From Octopus sinensis (taxonomy: Eukaryota): 64,000 nucleotides of DNA. How positions within the stretch are numbered: position 1 is the first letter of the stretch; the number at the start of each line of letters is the position of its first letter. Below, in pieces: positions 1 through 12,360 of this stretch. The position numbers and the translations under genes were made by a program. The DNA lies in the NCBI RefSeq assembly GCF_006345805.1, contig NC_042999.1:22320001-22384000 (forward strand), given 5' to 3'. The notes under the pieces were generated by a model. The model did no database searches. It was not told the origin of the DNA and saw only the letters and a list, made by a program, of their open reading frames with translations.

Positions 1-40
1 TCGTCCGGCATGCTAACGATTCTGCCAGCTCGCCGCCTTA
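1..40 (-). mobile_element. 5' head fragment of SINE family A (cut by window edge)
   Basis: Reverse complement reads TAAGGCGGCGAGCTGGCAGAATCGTTAGCATGCCGGACGA, matching heads of copies at 28835 and 35721. Confidence 0.7.
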
Positions 41-319
41 TATCGTGCGTCTGGTCACTCAAAATAAATTGCGAGTCAGTAACGATGTTAACGAGATAAA
101 TTAGGGTGATGCTTTTATAAATAGGAATTGGAAATTTAAAGTAATGCCGTTGTTAGTACAGTAATCGCAAACACATTTGAAAGAGAACGCATCCTTACCC
201 TTACTCACACCCATACATATGAACAAGTATATATATACGTGCGTGGAAACATACATGCAAACACATTTAGATATGATGGCTGCCAACTCGTTAAACAAGT
301 ATGGATGACTAAATAAAGT

Positions 320-480
320 GTATCACAGTATTATATGCTGTGAGAAAGACAATAGCTCTTGAATCCTGCCAACGACTGACAGAAGTTGTTGAAGGTTCGA
401 CATTCATAGAAATTCTTCTGAGTTTTTGATAGTTCCAGATCATTCTCATGCTTGTGCACTCTGATATCTTCATAGCTACA
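320..480 (-). mobile_element. Degraded RTE-like LINE C-terminal zinc-finger remnant
   Basis: Minus strand reads RVHKHENDLELSKTQKNFYECRTFNNFCQSLAGFKSY, similar to the SLAGLKSH finger at 53915-54319. Confidence 0.35.
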
Positions 481-742
481 TATATACGTTAGATACTAAT
501 TAAAATAATAAGTACTCAACACTGAAAAAGTGGAAAAACAATTTTTGAAAATTAAATTTATTTTTCTAGTACCTAAGATTGCATACTGACGGAGATTGGC
601 GTTTTTCAACCAGAATGACAAGTGACATTTCACCATGTTAACGAGAATGAGTGTGAGAGAGAGAGAGAGTATGTATGAATGTATGTATATTAATGCACGA
701 GGTTCTATATTCATCTGTGTATACTTATATATATATATATAT

Positions 743-795
<53 letters not shown>

Positions 796-838
796 TATGT
801 GTGTGTGTGTGGTGTGTGTGTGTGTGTATATTACAATG

Positions 839-1040
839 ATATACATAATTATAACAAGAACTTAGCTTGTGCCTTACCACGCACTGAAAACTAGACGCCA
901 AAAGACACTGTTACCACCATAAATTCTCTGAGAAAAACATACACTTCTCGGAGAATTTATGGTGGTAACAGTGTCTTTTGACGTCTATTTTTCAGTGCAT
1001 GATGAGGCAGAAGCCAAGCCCTTGTTATAATTATGTATAT
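839..1040. mobile_element. Fold-back palindromic MITE-like element, ~200 bp
   Basis: Arms 839-934 and 945-1040 are reverse complements (GACACTGTTACCACCATAAATTCTC / GAGAATTTATGGTGGTAACAGTGTC) around a 10-nt loop. Confidence 0.75.
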
Positions 1041-1084
1041 AATTATAAAATATTTATAAAATTTACCTATGTGGTTTTATTTCC

Positions 1085-1731
1085 ACGCTGACCACTTGGT
1101 AAAAATCATTGCTGATTTTACCCTTACACCTTGAATACTGCTGCCCACTGTGGTCTCCCCATACAAGACAAAACATCTCCAGAATTGAGTCTTCCCAGAG
1201 GGCACTCACTAAACGAATTGAAGGCATGGCCGCTCTCGATTATTGGGATCGCCTTAAAGCCTTGAAACTTTACTCCCTCCAGCGTCGCCGTGAGCGGTAC
1301 ATCATTTGTATGATGTGGAGAATATACCGCCAACTTTGCCCAAACGACCTTAACATTAGCTTCAAGGTTCATCCAAGACTGGGACCACGGGCCATACGAC
1401 CCCTGCCCAGTTCAAGATCACAACATACATGTACACTGCAACATAATTTCTTTTCTTCAACAGGCCCTGCCCTATTTAACATTGTCCGAAGAGATCAAAG
1501 AGGAAAAGGATCCCATCAACTTTAAACGAGTCTGGATAGATTCCTTCAAAGAATACCAGAATAAGCCACCCATATTGGATACAACTCACCCACAAGAACT
1601 CACTACTTTAACAAAACTTGCCTTAAACAGGATTCGCATAATCCTATCAGGTGGTGCTATTAAGTTAGACATGGCTGGACCAATCTTTGGTCGAAACAAT
1701 CTAAGTTTATCTAAGTTTATCTAAGTTTATC
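1085..1731 (+). mobile_element. CR1-type LINE, 5'-truncated 3' fragment
   Basis: HLEYCCPLWSP...IESSQRALTKRI...DYWDRLKALKLYSLQRRRERY is the CR1-group ORF2 C-terminal signature; ends in (ATCTAAGTTT)3 tail at 1699-1728. Confidence 0.9.
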
Positions 1732-1793
<62 letters not shown>

Positions 1794-1797
1794 TCTG

Positions 1798-2789
1798 TAT
1801 TCTGTATTTTTGTTTGTGTACTTCGATCGTTTTCCGTCCTTTCGTTGTATACATTCGAAGCTTTGGGCTGGCCATATCGGAGCAATCTCAAGATTAATCA
1901 GCCGAAATTGCTAAGATGATCTGGTTCTTGACTGATGACTGAGGGCTTCGAATGTCCCGTCCTGTGGTTCTTGTGTCGTCTCTGTGGGGTTTTCATGTTC
2001 TTGTCCATGTCTGTATTTAATTTTACTGTTTACCTATATAATCGGCGGCTACGTATCCACAATTGTCCTTATACGATAATATATTTTTTCTCAAGCTTTG
2101 ATACGACTCTTAATCTGTCTCTTTTCTCTCTCTCCCTCCCCCCTCCCTCCTTATTCCACTTCCGTTCTTTCCCTCTCCATCCGTCCCCCCCCCTTTCTAC
2201 GTTTCTCTATCTCTCTCACACCTCCAGCCCCTCGATCTGTCTCTTTCTTCTCCTCCCTCGTCCCACTTCCCTCCCCCCCTCCTCTCCCTTTTCATCTGTC
2301 CCTTCTCCTGTCTTTTGTTTCTCACGTGACAGCTAGCCGCTGTTGAGCGCTCTTTTCGTTTTCAGCAGCCTCAGAAGCAACACGGATTTGTTCGTCTCCC
2401 CGTGGCCTTTAGGCACAACTTCACAAGCCAGCCCCTACTCAAATCGTCCTGTCGAAAGACCTTGTCCTACGTCCTGGTTTTGTTTTGTTGTTTATTTTTT
2501 ATTTTTACCGTTATTGTTTTTACGTTTTTGTATTCTTATTGGTGTCACGTATTCTGTATTTTTGTTTGTGTACTTCGATCGTTTTCCGTCCTTTCGTTGT
2601 ATACATTCGAAGCTTTGGGCTGGCCATATCGGAGCAATCTCAAGATTAATCAGCCGAAATTGCTAAGATGATCTGGTTCTTGACTGATGACTGAGGGCTT
2701 CGAATGTCCCGTCTGTGGTTCTTGTGTCGTCTCTGTGGTGTTTCATTTCTTGTCCATGTCTGTATTTAATTTTACTGTTTACCTATATA
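1798..2789 (+). repeat. Element with two ~240-bp near-identical direct repeats (1798-2040, 2550-2789) around a 509-bp pyrimidine-rich core; possibly a PLE pseudo-LTR tandem
   Basis: Direct visual alignment shows only a few differences; a diverged inverted copy of the repeat lies at 12790-13030. Confidence 0.75.
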
Positions 2790-3008
2790 TATATATATAT
2801 ATATTATATATTTATATTATATTAAATTAGAGCCAAAACCACTATTAGGCAAATCAAACAATGAAAAACTTCAGCCAATACATAAGATTAATTTATATTA
2901 TTTAAATATATTATTTAAATATATAACAAAATTATTAAAAAATATAATTAATTCACACTACGATCGTTTCATGCCTGCTAACTTCTTCAAATTTTTGAGT
3001 CGCAGTCA

Positions 3009-3046
<38 letters not shown>

Positions 3047-3047
<1 letters not shown>

Positions 3048-3226
3048 ATATATAGTTAATCCAACATGGACGTGGAACAACTATAGTGTTATTGGACGCT
3101 CAGGAAAGACAGAAAGAAGGAGAATTTAACGTTTCGATCGGAGCTCTTCGTCAGAAACATAGAAAAAGGAAAGGTCCAAGGCAGGGCAGACGGAGAAAGA
3201 AAATCGCCAACGATACACACGGTCAC
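3047..3226 (-). mobile_element. Short repeat family P1 (putative Penelope-like pseudo-LTR), copy 1
   Basis: Shares GTTAATCCAA...GACGCTCAGGAAAG...TTTAACGTTTCGA..GGAGCTCTTCGTC.GAAAC...TCACA with 20762-20992 and 39105-39315; carries a minimal hammerhead-like motif. Confidence 0.6.
3124..3158 (-). ncRNA. Minimal type-I hammerhead-like motif
   Basis: GUUU CUGACGA A GAGCUCCGAUC GAAA CG UU AAAU: canonical core, palindromic ACGU stem III, 4-bp stem I; stem II has one mismatch in this copy. Confidence 0.5.
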
Positions 3227-3705
3227 ATATTGTATATGATTATATGATGAATCGAGTTTAATGCTTGTAATGAAGACATCAAAATCGCATTTCATCATTA
3301 GCTAAACGAAGTTACTATACTAAGCGTTGAGGTAACTCATTTGGAACGCGGTGGCATTATGTATCAGCATCAACTCACGAATGGTAAACATCACAAATTC
3401 AAGCCCCAGCCCCGATCCCTATGAACTCAGCAATAATATAGCACAGTGAGGGCGAATCTGATAAGTAAGACTACATTACAAAGCCTAAAGTTTTCATTAA
3501 TTTTAGAGCATTCACAAGAACCAGAATTTGAAAATGTAAATAATTATCTCCATCCGCAAAAGATCATACTATACTAATGATATTCAAAACCTGAAATAAA
3601 ATTCAAAATCTTATATGAATTTGTACGCCATGGGGAGGTGTGATTAGTAACCTGTCGAAATGAATTTTCCTTCATAACTCGAAAAATAATATCACAATAA
3701 GTTGT

Positions 3706-3930
<225 letters not shown>

Positions 3931-4072
3931 CTTTCTGCAAGGCACAAATTACTTTAAAGATGGCCATATAGAACGATGCAGCTGCAACACAAGTAATTGA
4001 AATTGCATCTAAAATATATCATCTGACACTTGACAATCTAACAAACAATAAAACAACATTACTAAGACCATT

Positions 4073-4280
4073 TAAGGCGTCAAGCTGACGGAATCGTTAG
4101 CATGCCGGGAAAACCGCTTAGCGGTATTTCGTCCGTCTCTACATTCTGAGCTCAAATTCTGCCGCGGTGAATTTATTTCAGAATCGATAAAAATAAGTAC
4201 CAGTTGAATACTGGGATCGATGTAATTGATTTACCCACTCACCCAAAATTGCTGGCCTTGTGCCAAAAGTTTGAATCAAT
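4073..4280 (+). mobile_element. SINE family A monomer
   Basis: Head, GTATTTCGTC..CATTCTGAGCTCAAATTC body and GGCCTTGTGCC tail, as in other copies. Confidence 0.8.
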
Positions 4281-4368
4281 ATGACCAAGATTACAGTTAT
4301 CACCTCCTCCTCTCTCTCTCTCTCTCTACTATATATATATATTATATATAATATATTATATATATATA

Positions 4369-4461
4369 TTTGCTGACGAACAGGCCAGTGGCAAATAGAT
4401 TTAATTTAATTTAATTAAATCGGGTTGCCAATATGTATGTCGAAACTATGCATAGTCCAAA
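4369..4461 (+). ncRNA. Type-I hammerhead-like motif with long stem II
   Basis: UUUG CUGACGA [long hairpin: UGGCAA/UUGCCA, GAUUUAAU/AUUAAAUC] C GAAA CUAUGCAUAG UC CAAA; GUC triplet, perfectly palindromic stem III; one extra C before GAAA. Confidence 0.55.
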
Positions 4462-4550
4462 GATGATAAGGATAAATGTTTTTATTTTCCTTTGGTTTCT
4501 GAATTACAACTATTTAGCGGTTTGAGTTTAGCTGCTCTTTCTACTGGGTC

Positions 4551-4606
<56 letters not shown>

Positions 4607-4869
4607 ATATATGCATGTACATATACATTTAGGAGTGGCTGTGTGGTAAGTAGCTTGCTTACCAACCACATGGTTCCGGGTTCAGTCACACTGCGTGGCA
4701 CCTAATAAATGCCGATGGAAATGTCTGGTAGACTTACCAATTCCGATCTCTTGCTCAAAGTTGGAAAAGGTCATAACGGAATAATATATTTTTTCAAGAA
4801 CTAATGATCACTCCTAAAATTATTAACGTTGGTCGTGCGTGTTTTATAATGGACCAAATGATTTTATAA

Positions 4870-4969
4870 TTGTAACTACTACCATCTCTTAAACTCCAAA
4901 TATAGATGGAAAGTGAGGTGGGGAGTTATCTTTAACAGTTGCTGAATGTATACATATATAGACAGAATC
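4870..4969. repeat. ~100-bp dispersed direct repeat, copy 1
   Basis: Matches 5768-5867 (TTGTAACTA.TACCATCTCTTAAACTCCA.ATATAG...GAATC). Confidence 0.85.
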
Positions 4970-5767
4970 AGTTTTAGCTCGGTTAGCTCACGCCTAAAAA
5001 AAATCATACTCATGAGAGAGTCGGTATTAGGCTTGTTGAAACTACGTAGACAAGAAAAGTGTTTGCTTGTAATAACAGGCAAGATGTTCTTGGCACTTTG
5101 ACAGGTGATTTTGTTCGATAGAAAGCTACCAATCCATTTGCTTGGATTATGAACAGGAATATAAATATGAAAATATACCATCTTCTGCTTCAACACCCCA
5201 TACTTTGCTCGAATTATTAAGAATTTCTAATAGTGATGCAAGGCTAGAAATTTGGAGGGACATAGTCGATTGAATCTTCATTACTAATTAACTGATGCTT
5301 ATTTTACTGTGCCTGGAAGAATGAAAGCAAAGTCTTTGAAAATAAAAGTCTTAAATAAAAAAAGGAACAAATCTGATAAAATATTACGATATACAAATCA
5401 ACAGAATCGTCACGACTGGATCGTTTTGGCTCTTATCTCTGTTCGATCAATGTTGATGTGAGTTTAAACCACGATATGGACAAGCTTCTTCAAGAAGCAG
5501 GCTGCATGGAACATGAATCTTAATCAGGCGGACTGAACAACCGAAAGAAATGAACGGTAATTTTTCGTTAGGGGCGCCGTTCAGAAAGACTGGTCGGTCA
5601 CAGATTTCACGTAATGTTTAAACTCTTAACACTAACCGCCAAATCTAGTCAGTCAGTGTGAGATGTGATGTTCTAAATGCCTAGGTTAGTTAGCTTTTAT
5701 GTATTGATAAAACTCCAGTAGTATACAATGGATATTTAAGATGAAATCCTCTATAATTTTCTAATGC

Positions 5768-5867
5768 TTGTAACTATTACCATCTCTTAAACTCCAGATA
5801 TAGCTGAAAAGTGAGGTGTTGAGTTATCTCTAACAGTCGCTGAATGTATAAATATATAGAGAGAATC
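5768..5867. repeat. ~100-bp dispersed direct repeat, copy 2
   Basis: Matches 4870-4969. Confidence 0.85.
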
Positions 5868-6309
5868 GAACGAAACTTCACTATGCAACGACTAGGAATA
5901 TATCAATATTTTCAGGAACGAGTACTGCATATATTTTTCTCTATTCTTTTCACGAAGTTACATATTGTATTTCAAAGTAACTTCCGGTTATACTTCAACT
6001 TCCTATAAAGTTTCTAAACGAAGTTATTCTCATTCTCTATTGAATCTCCTACAACTTTATGATAGCTTTAGTCTGCCTCAGATGTTTCTATTCATTACAC
6101 TTTCCTAAACGTGTCTTCAATTTCTGAAAATTTCATGACTCAGCACACACACACGCACGCATGCGCACACATGCATACATCTGAAAACAAAGAAGAACCA
6201 CCTCACACACTCGAAACGCAAATACACATGCACAGTTCTATGTACGCAAACATTTTGAACACGTATGAGTGCATACAAATATGAATGTACGATTCAATGT
6301 TCATACTTA

Positions 6310-6319
6310 TAATGAGGTG

Positions 6320-6361
<42 letters not shown>

Positions 6362-6660
6362 TTATGTATATGTGTATATATATAATCGAAATGTACTGCA
6401 TTATCCATCCATTATATATATATATACTTTCATGTGTGCATATATGTATGCATGTATCTACATATTAGCGTTGAGTATGCGCACAAGTTTTATTCAACTA
6501 CATGCTTGTTAACCAGGTATAAGTGTGTGTAAATATATGAATGTAGGTATTTACATTGGTGTATATTGATAATGTATATCTGAATTTACGCATCTACCTA
6601 TTTATATATATGTATGCGTGAGTTTTGCTGTTGCATATATACACACATATGCATATATTC

Positions 6661-6704
<44 letters not shown>

Positions 6705-6807
6705 TGTAGAAATGTATGTATATATATGCATGCATGTATATATATACATACATGCATACATACATACATACATACATACATACACACATAGATACATACA
6801 TACATAC

Positions 6808-6838
<31 letters not shown>

Positions 6839-7346
6839 CATACATACATACATACGTACATATATGTATATGTGTACATGTTTGTATGTATGCACGTATT
6901 AGATTCGTATATGCATGCCAATATATGATTCCTTACAAGGATGAGAATAACATCAATACATCTAGGTATGTTAATATATATATATATATATACTTTCATT
7001 GATATATACACTCTTTTTTATATATATGCATGTTTATTTCTTAGCATGCGCCGTACATGTTGGCACGTAATTTTATGACTGCATAGAAAAAAGAGCTGTA
7101 ACTATGCACACGCCTGTGAATATTTGCACGAAAGCATATTCATATAAATATTTGCATATACTGGAGTATATTTGCTTGGCAATATTGGAACATCTCTACG
7201 CATTCACTTTTTCATGTTAATATATATATATATATATTATATATATATGTGTGTGTGTGTGTATACATGTATATATATATATATATATATTTATAATGCA
7301 CATAATACAAATTTATATATATATATTATATAATATATATATATAT

Positions 7347-7379
<33 letters not shown>

Positions 7380-7431
7380 CACACATATATAAAAGCATGC
7401 ATAGACACATTTATGTACACTAATAAATATA

Positions 7432-7467
<36 letters not shown>

Positions 7468-7800
7468 CAGCACACACACACATTTAGGTACTCTATATAA
7501 ATACATACATATATATATATGTGAGTATGTGTGTGTTTGCGTGTGTGTGCGTATGTATGCATATATACATATATATTTATATATACATATATGTATATAT
7601 ATATATGTATATATATGTATATATATATACATGTATACATATGTATATATATATATACATGTATACATATGTATATGTATATATATATATATATATATAT
7701 ACATACATACTCTAAGTGCGTAATTCATTCAGCAACTGTCTATATGTATGAATGTATTCATGTATGTGTGTGCGCGCGTGCACGCGTGTATATAGATATA
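6310..7800. repeat. Compound (TA)n/(TACA)n/(TG)n microsatellite field
   Basis: Seen directly; source of many spurious IY/MYVC ORFs. Confidence 0.95.
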
Positions 7801-8662
7801 TAACATCAGGGAGGTAAAGGAACAAGAGAGAAATATATACGTGCGTCTGCACATCCAGGTGTGTGCGCGTTCAGGTGTGTGTGTGTGGCGTGTTTCTATG
7901 CATGTGTATATGTGTCTGTCTGCGAGTCTCTGTATTCACATGCGTTCATTGAAATATTTTTCTTTGTTATGTTATAGAAACGTAGAGAAGAGAATGGGTT
8001 ATGTATTAAAACTTGAGGTATCTTCCTTTCTCTGCTATCTTGTTACTGTCAGTTATTCATGTCGGAACGGGCTTTTGTCTTTCATTTCTTCTGAGTTGAT
8101 AAGATATACCTGTAAACATTCCACTATACACCCTCCTACCCAACGCCACTACCCTTTTGCAAACAAAAGGAACAGTATCTAAATTCACTCAAAGAAAATA
8201 TCATTTATTGAGATTTTGTTATATCACGAATTATGAAACGAGATATTCCTAAGATTCTATCTGAAATCTACGTTTTGTTTTTATGATTTTATATTTTAAG
8301 CTTTTCCATGATTAAAAGAAAAACAATATTAGTGTTAAATTAATGTTGTTACAAGGCCAGCGAATTGGGGGGGGGAGTCGATTGCATCAACCTCGGCTAT
8401 TAAACTGGTACTTATTTTGTCGACCCCGAAAGGATGGAAGGCTAAGTTAACCTCGTGGGTATTTTGTCTCCTTGGTGGGAAATGTCTCCTTCTTTAACCA
8501 GATTAATTTACAAGCATCTGATTAATTATCTTTGTCTATTACCTTTAACTTTTTTCAAGGAGTTAAGAAACAAAACAACACAACACCGGTTGTTGTCCGG
8601 TACGAGGACAAACTCGGACACAGTGACACGCATACACAAAGACGAGCCACTCACACAGTTTC

Positions 8663-9263
8663 TTATTTCTTTATTGCCCACAAGGGGCTAAACACAGAGG
8701 GGACAAACAAGGACAGACAAACGGATTAAGTCGATTACATCGACCCCAATGCGTAACTGGTACTTAATTTATCGACCCCGAAAGGATAAAAGGCAACGTC
8801 GACCTCGGCGGAATTTGAACTCAGAACGTAACGGCAGACGAAATATCGATTTATTTATTGCCCACCAGCGGCTAATATAGAGGGGACAAATAAGGACAGA
8901 CAAACGAATTAAGTCGATTACATCGACCCCAGTGCGTAACTGGTACTTATTTAATCGTCCCCGAAAGGATGAAAGGCAAAGTCGACCTCGGCGGAATTTG
9001 AACTCAGAACGTAGCGGCAGACGAAATACCTATTTCTTTACTACCCACCAGAGGCTAATATAGAGGGGGAAAACAAGGACAGACAAACGGATTAAGTCGA
9101 TTACATCGACTCCAATGCGTAACTGGTACTTAATTTATCGACCCCGAAAGGATAAAAGGCAAGTTCGACCTCGGCGGAATTTGAACTCAGAACGTAACGG
9201 CAGACGAAATACCGCTAAGCATTTCGCCCGGTGTGCTAACAGTTCAGCCAGCTCGCCACCTTA
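8663..9263 (-). mobile_element. SINE family A multimer: one head plus three ~183-bp units
   Basis: Units at 9030-9212, 8847-9029 and 8663-8846; head at 9213-9263. Confidence 0.9.
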
Positions 9264-9381
9264 AAATGTAAAGACGGACGAAATCCTGCTAAGCATTTCT
9301 GCCAGTTCGATGCCTTGAAATGTCATTAAGCCTTCTTTTGTCTGACTCGTTAGCGATTCTGCCTGCTCGGGGCCTTAATAA

Positions 9382-9822
9382 TTCTTTTATTCTTTTACTA
9401 GTTTCAGTCCTTTGACTGCTGCTATGATGGAGCATCGCCTTTAGTCGAGCAAATCGACCCAGGACTTATTCTTTGTAAGCCTAGTTCTTATTCTATCGTC
9501 TATTTTGCGAACCGCAGGGTTACGGGGACGTAAACACACCAGCATCGATTTTCAAGTGATGTTGGGAGGACAAACACAAACACAAATACATAGACACACA
9601 CGTACATATACTCATATATTATATATATATATATATATAATATATATAATATATTATATATACATATACACGACGGGCCTCTTCAGTTTCCATCTACCAA
9701 TCCACTCACAAGGCTTTGATCGGATCAAGCCTATAGTAGAAGACAACTTGCCCAAGGTACCACGCAGTGGGACTGAACCCGGAGCCATGTGGTTGGTAAG
9801 CAAGCTTCTTACCACAAACCCA
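9382..9822 (-). mobile_element. SINE family B, near full length (tRNA-like head, CORE-like block, internal TG/TA microsatellite, LINE-like tail)
   Basis: B-box-like GGTTCAGTCCC, ACCTTGGGCAAG block and hairpin-GAAAC tail. Fragments also at 4631-4703, 12655-12755, 13040-13128, 38725-38945, 42720-42925, 55101-55205 and 58180-58530. Confidence 0.85.
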
Positions 9823-10336
9823 TACCTACCGACTCCGAATGGATGAAAGACAAGGTCAACCTCGGCGGAATTTGAAATCCGAAAGAAAAAAATGACCGGA
9901 AGCATTATCGTTAAACATTACTTTCTCTGACGCTCAGTCCCATAATAATAATAATGGTTTCAAATTTGGAACAAGGCCAGCAAGTTCGGGAGAGCGGGTA
10001 TGTTAATTACATCGACCCCAGTGTTCAACAGAGTAAAGCATAGTAAAGCAGCTTGGCACAAATTGATTTTAAACTCTGATCTGCATGCGCACTAAGTTTT
10101 AACGTTCTAGCTCACTTCCGCTGTTTACAGCAGTGCTTGGAAGGAAGGTGTGTAGCATGCGACCGTCGCATTTACCATGACAGTGAAAGTTGAGCAGGGA
10201 ATTTTGTGAAGAGCTTGGCGATATCTGCTCGGAGGATTACGCAAAGTTTTCAAAGAGTTTTCACCGTTCTCGACACAGTCAATGAGATCTTCTGCAATTG
10301 AACCCGGAGTGACTTTTTTGGTCATCTGAAGTAGTT

Positions 10337-10436
10337 NNNNNNNNNNNNNNNNNNNNNNNNNNNNNNNNNNNNNNNNNNNNNNNNNNNNNNNNNNNNNNNN
10401 NNNNNNNNNNNNNNNNNNNNNNNNNNNNNNNNNNNN
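10337..10436. other. Assembly gap of exactly 100 N
   Basis: Seen directly; a round size suggests a placeholder, so true distance and contiguity are unknown. Confidence 0.99.
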
Positions 10437-10487
10437 AGGGTAGAATCATAAACTAGCCCACATTGCGAGATTATAATTATGTATGAA

Positions 10488-10551
<64 letters not shown>

Positions 10552-10627
10552 TGAGCCTGCACAATGTAATAAGTAAATAGTAAGTAATGTATACATACAA
10601 AAAACATATTGTATATAATATATATAT

Positions 10628-10676
<49 letters not shown>

Positions 10677-11064
10677 GTATGGGTGTGTATATATATTGTA
10701 TTATATAGTAATTATTTACCATATTAATTATATTATGTTATATTGTATAATATTATATAGCATTATATCATACTATAATATATACATGTGTGTGTCTCTG
10801 AAAGTATATATGTATAATGTGTATGTGTCTGTGAGTGTGTGTGTGTGTAAGATTCTTTTCTTCTTACAAAGTGTTATCGCGAAGATTCAATAAAAGTAAA
10901 TATAATCATATTGGTAGCACTAATATGTCACAAGGAAAATATATATGGGTGTATATATATGTGTGTGTATATACATATATATATATTATATATATATATA
11001 TATATATGCGTAAATATATATGTATACATACACACACACAGACACACACACACAAACACACATT

Positions 11065-11098
<34 letters not shown>

Positions 11099-11344
11099 AC
11101 GTGCAGCAAATGACGACATATTTCAAAATAGAATCTTGCTACTTCATATAAATATATAAGATATAATATAATTACGTGGTGTTATATATTGTATATTGCA
11201 TACATTTATTTTATTCTGTGGATTTTGATATTATTTAAAAGGTGCTTACGTATGGATATCATTCTTTTCTTTCATTCAGTTTATCACTTGTACTTAATGT
11301 AGAAATAGTTATTATTATTATTATTATTATTACTATTACTACTC

Positions 11345-11376
<32 letters not shown>

Positions 11377-11546
11377 TGTATAAATATCAATATGTGCATT
11401 CATTCCTATCGCCTTCCAGCAGTCTGTACTGCTTATTAAATGGTTCCTCGATGTGGAGTATCGTGTCAGAAACAAAATCAACTCCTTTTATACGATATCT
11501 CTAAACAACCAAACCACTTGCTTCAAGGGACATAGCGGACTACAAA

Positions 11547-11588
11547 GCACGACGTTTCGGCGTGCTTATTGCCTCTTCAATAGTAGAC
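11547..11588 (-). ncRNA. Degenerate minimal hammerhead-like motif
   Basis: UUGAAGA GGC aauaagcac GCC GAAA CG UC gugc: correct G-C stem II clamp and ACGU stem III; C3 is U and stem I is weak. Confidence 0.4.
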
Positions 11589-11850
11589 CTCCTTGGCTCT
11601 ATGGAGCTGCGGTGGTTATGTGTGTGTATCGAGTGAACAGATGCAAAAGGAATGTGATGTCTTTGAAGTAAACAAATGAGTGAATCGATTTAAAGTTTAA
11701 AATAATTTATTCACTGGACTTAATTTGTCGTTGGTACACATAATTCTTCACTACATACAAAATGTTGACAACTGCTACGAGTTGCTAGAAATAGAAACGG
11801 GGTACATCTGTGGAAGTGATGTGTCAGAAATCAATGTTTGTGTGTCTGTC

Positions 11851-11879
<29 letters not shown>

Positions 11880-11881
<2 letters not shown>

Positions 11882-12360
11882 AGTTCATCTGCGATCAGTA
11901 GTCTACCGTAGAACTTCGAACATTTTTCTCGGGTCTCTGCGGTCGTTGAAAACCTGGCGTGTCGTAGACCCTGCTCGGTTGCCTGCTAGACCTTTCATTC
12001 TCCTCTGTTGATCACCGCATTTATAATAATCGTGGCAGCTAGAAAGACAGACATACTGCAGCAGAGTTTATACCTAAATAGGTCAGCTCCTGTCCATTTG
12101 GACTTCGCCTGACATGGCTGAGGTCGTAGGTCAAAGGGAGATGATCAATCACTTTTTGACAGAACAAAGAAAATCTTTTTTTCGCGCCTGTTGATCGCGG
12201 TGGTTTGGACGACCGAGAATTCTTAGATTCGGTTTGAATCTAGGCTTGGAGAAGGAAGTGTTAATTCTTACAGAGCCCAGTGGAATCTTAGACGAGGCAT
12301 CTGCCGGTCTATGTGATAGCTTACCTAGCTGACATTACATTATTAGAGGCAAGTAAAGCA
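11880..12360 (-). mobile_element. Possible highly degraded RTE-like RT fragment
   Basis: Scattered minus-strand peptides ALLASN, ELTYLG and QVFNDRR occur in the order expected after YADD; many stops and frameshifts. Confidence 0.25.

Noticed and set aside
1932-1956. Hammerhead at CTGATGA...GAATGTC (also 2684 and the 12790 copy)
   Set aside because: GAAA is absent in all three copies and stem I does not pair; noted only as a hint.
10125-10325. 66-aa minus-strand ORF next to the gap
   Set aside because: No recognisable motif; truncated by the N gap.
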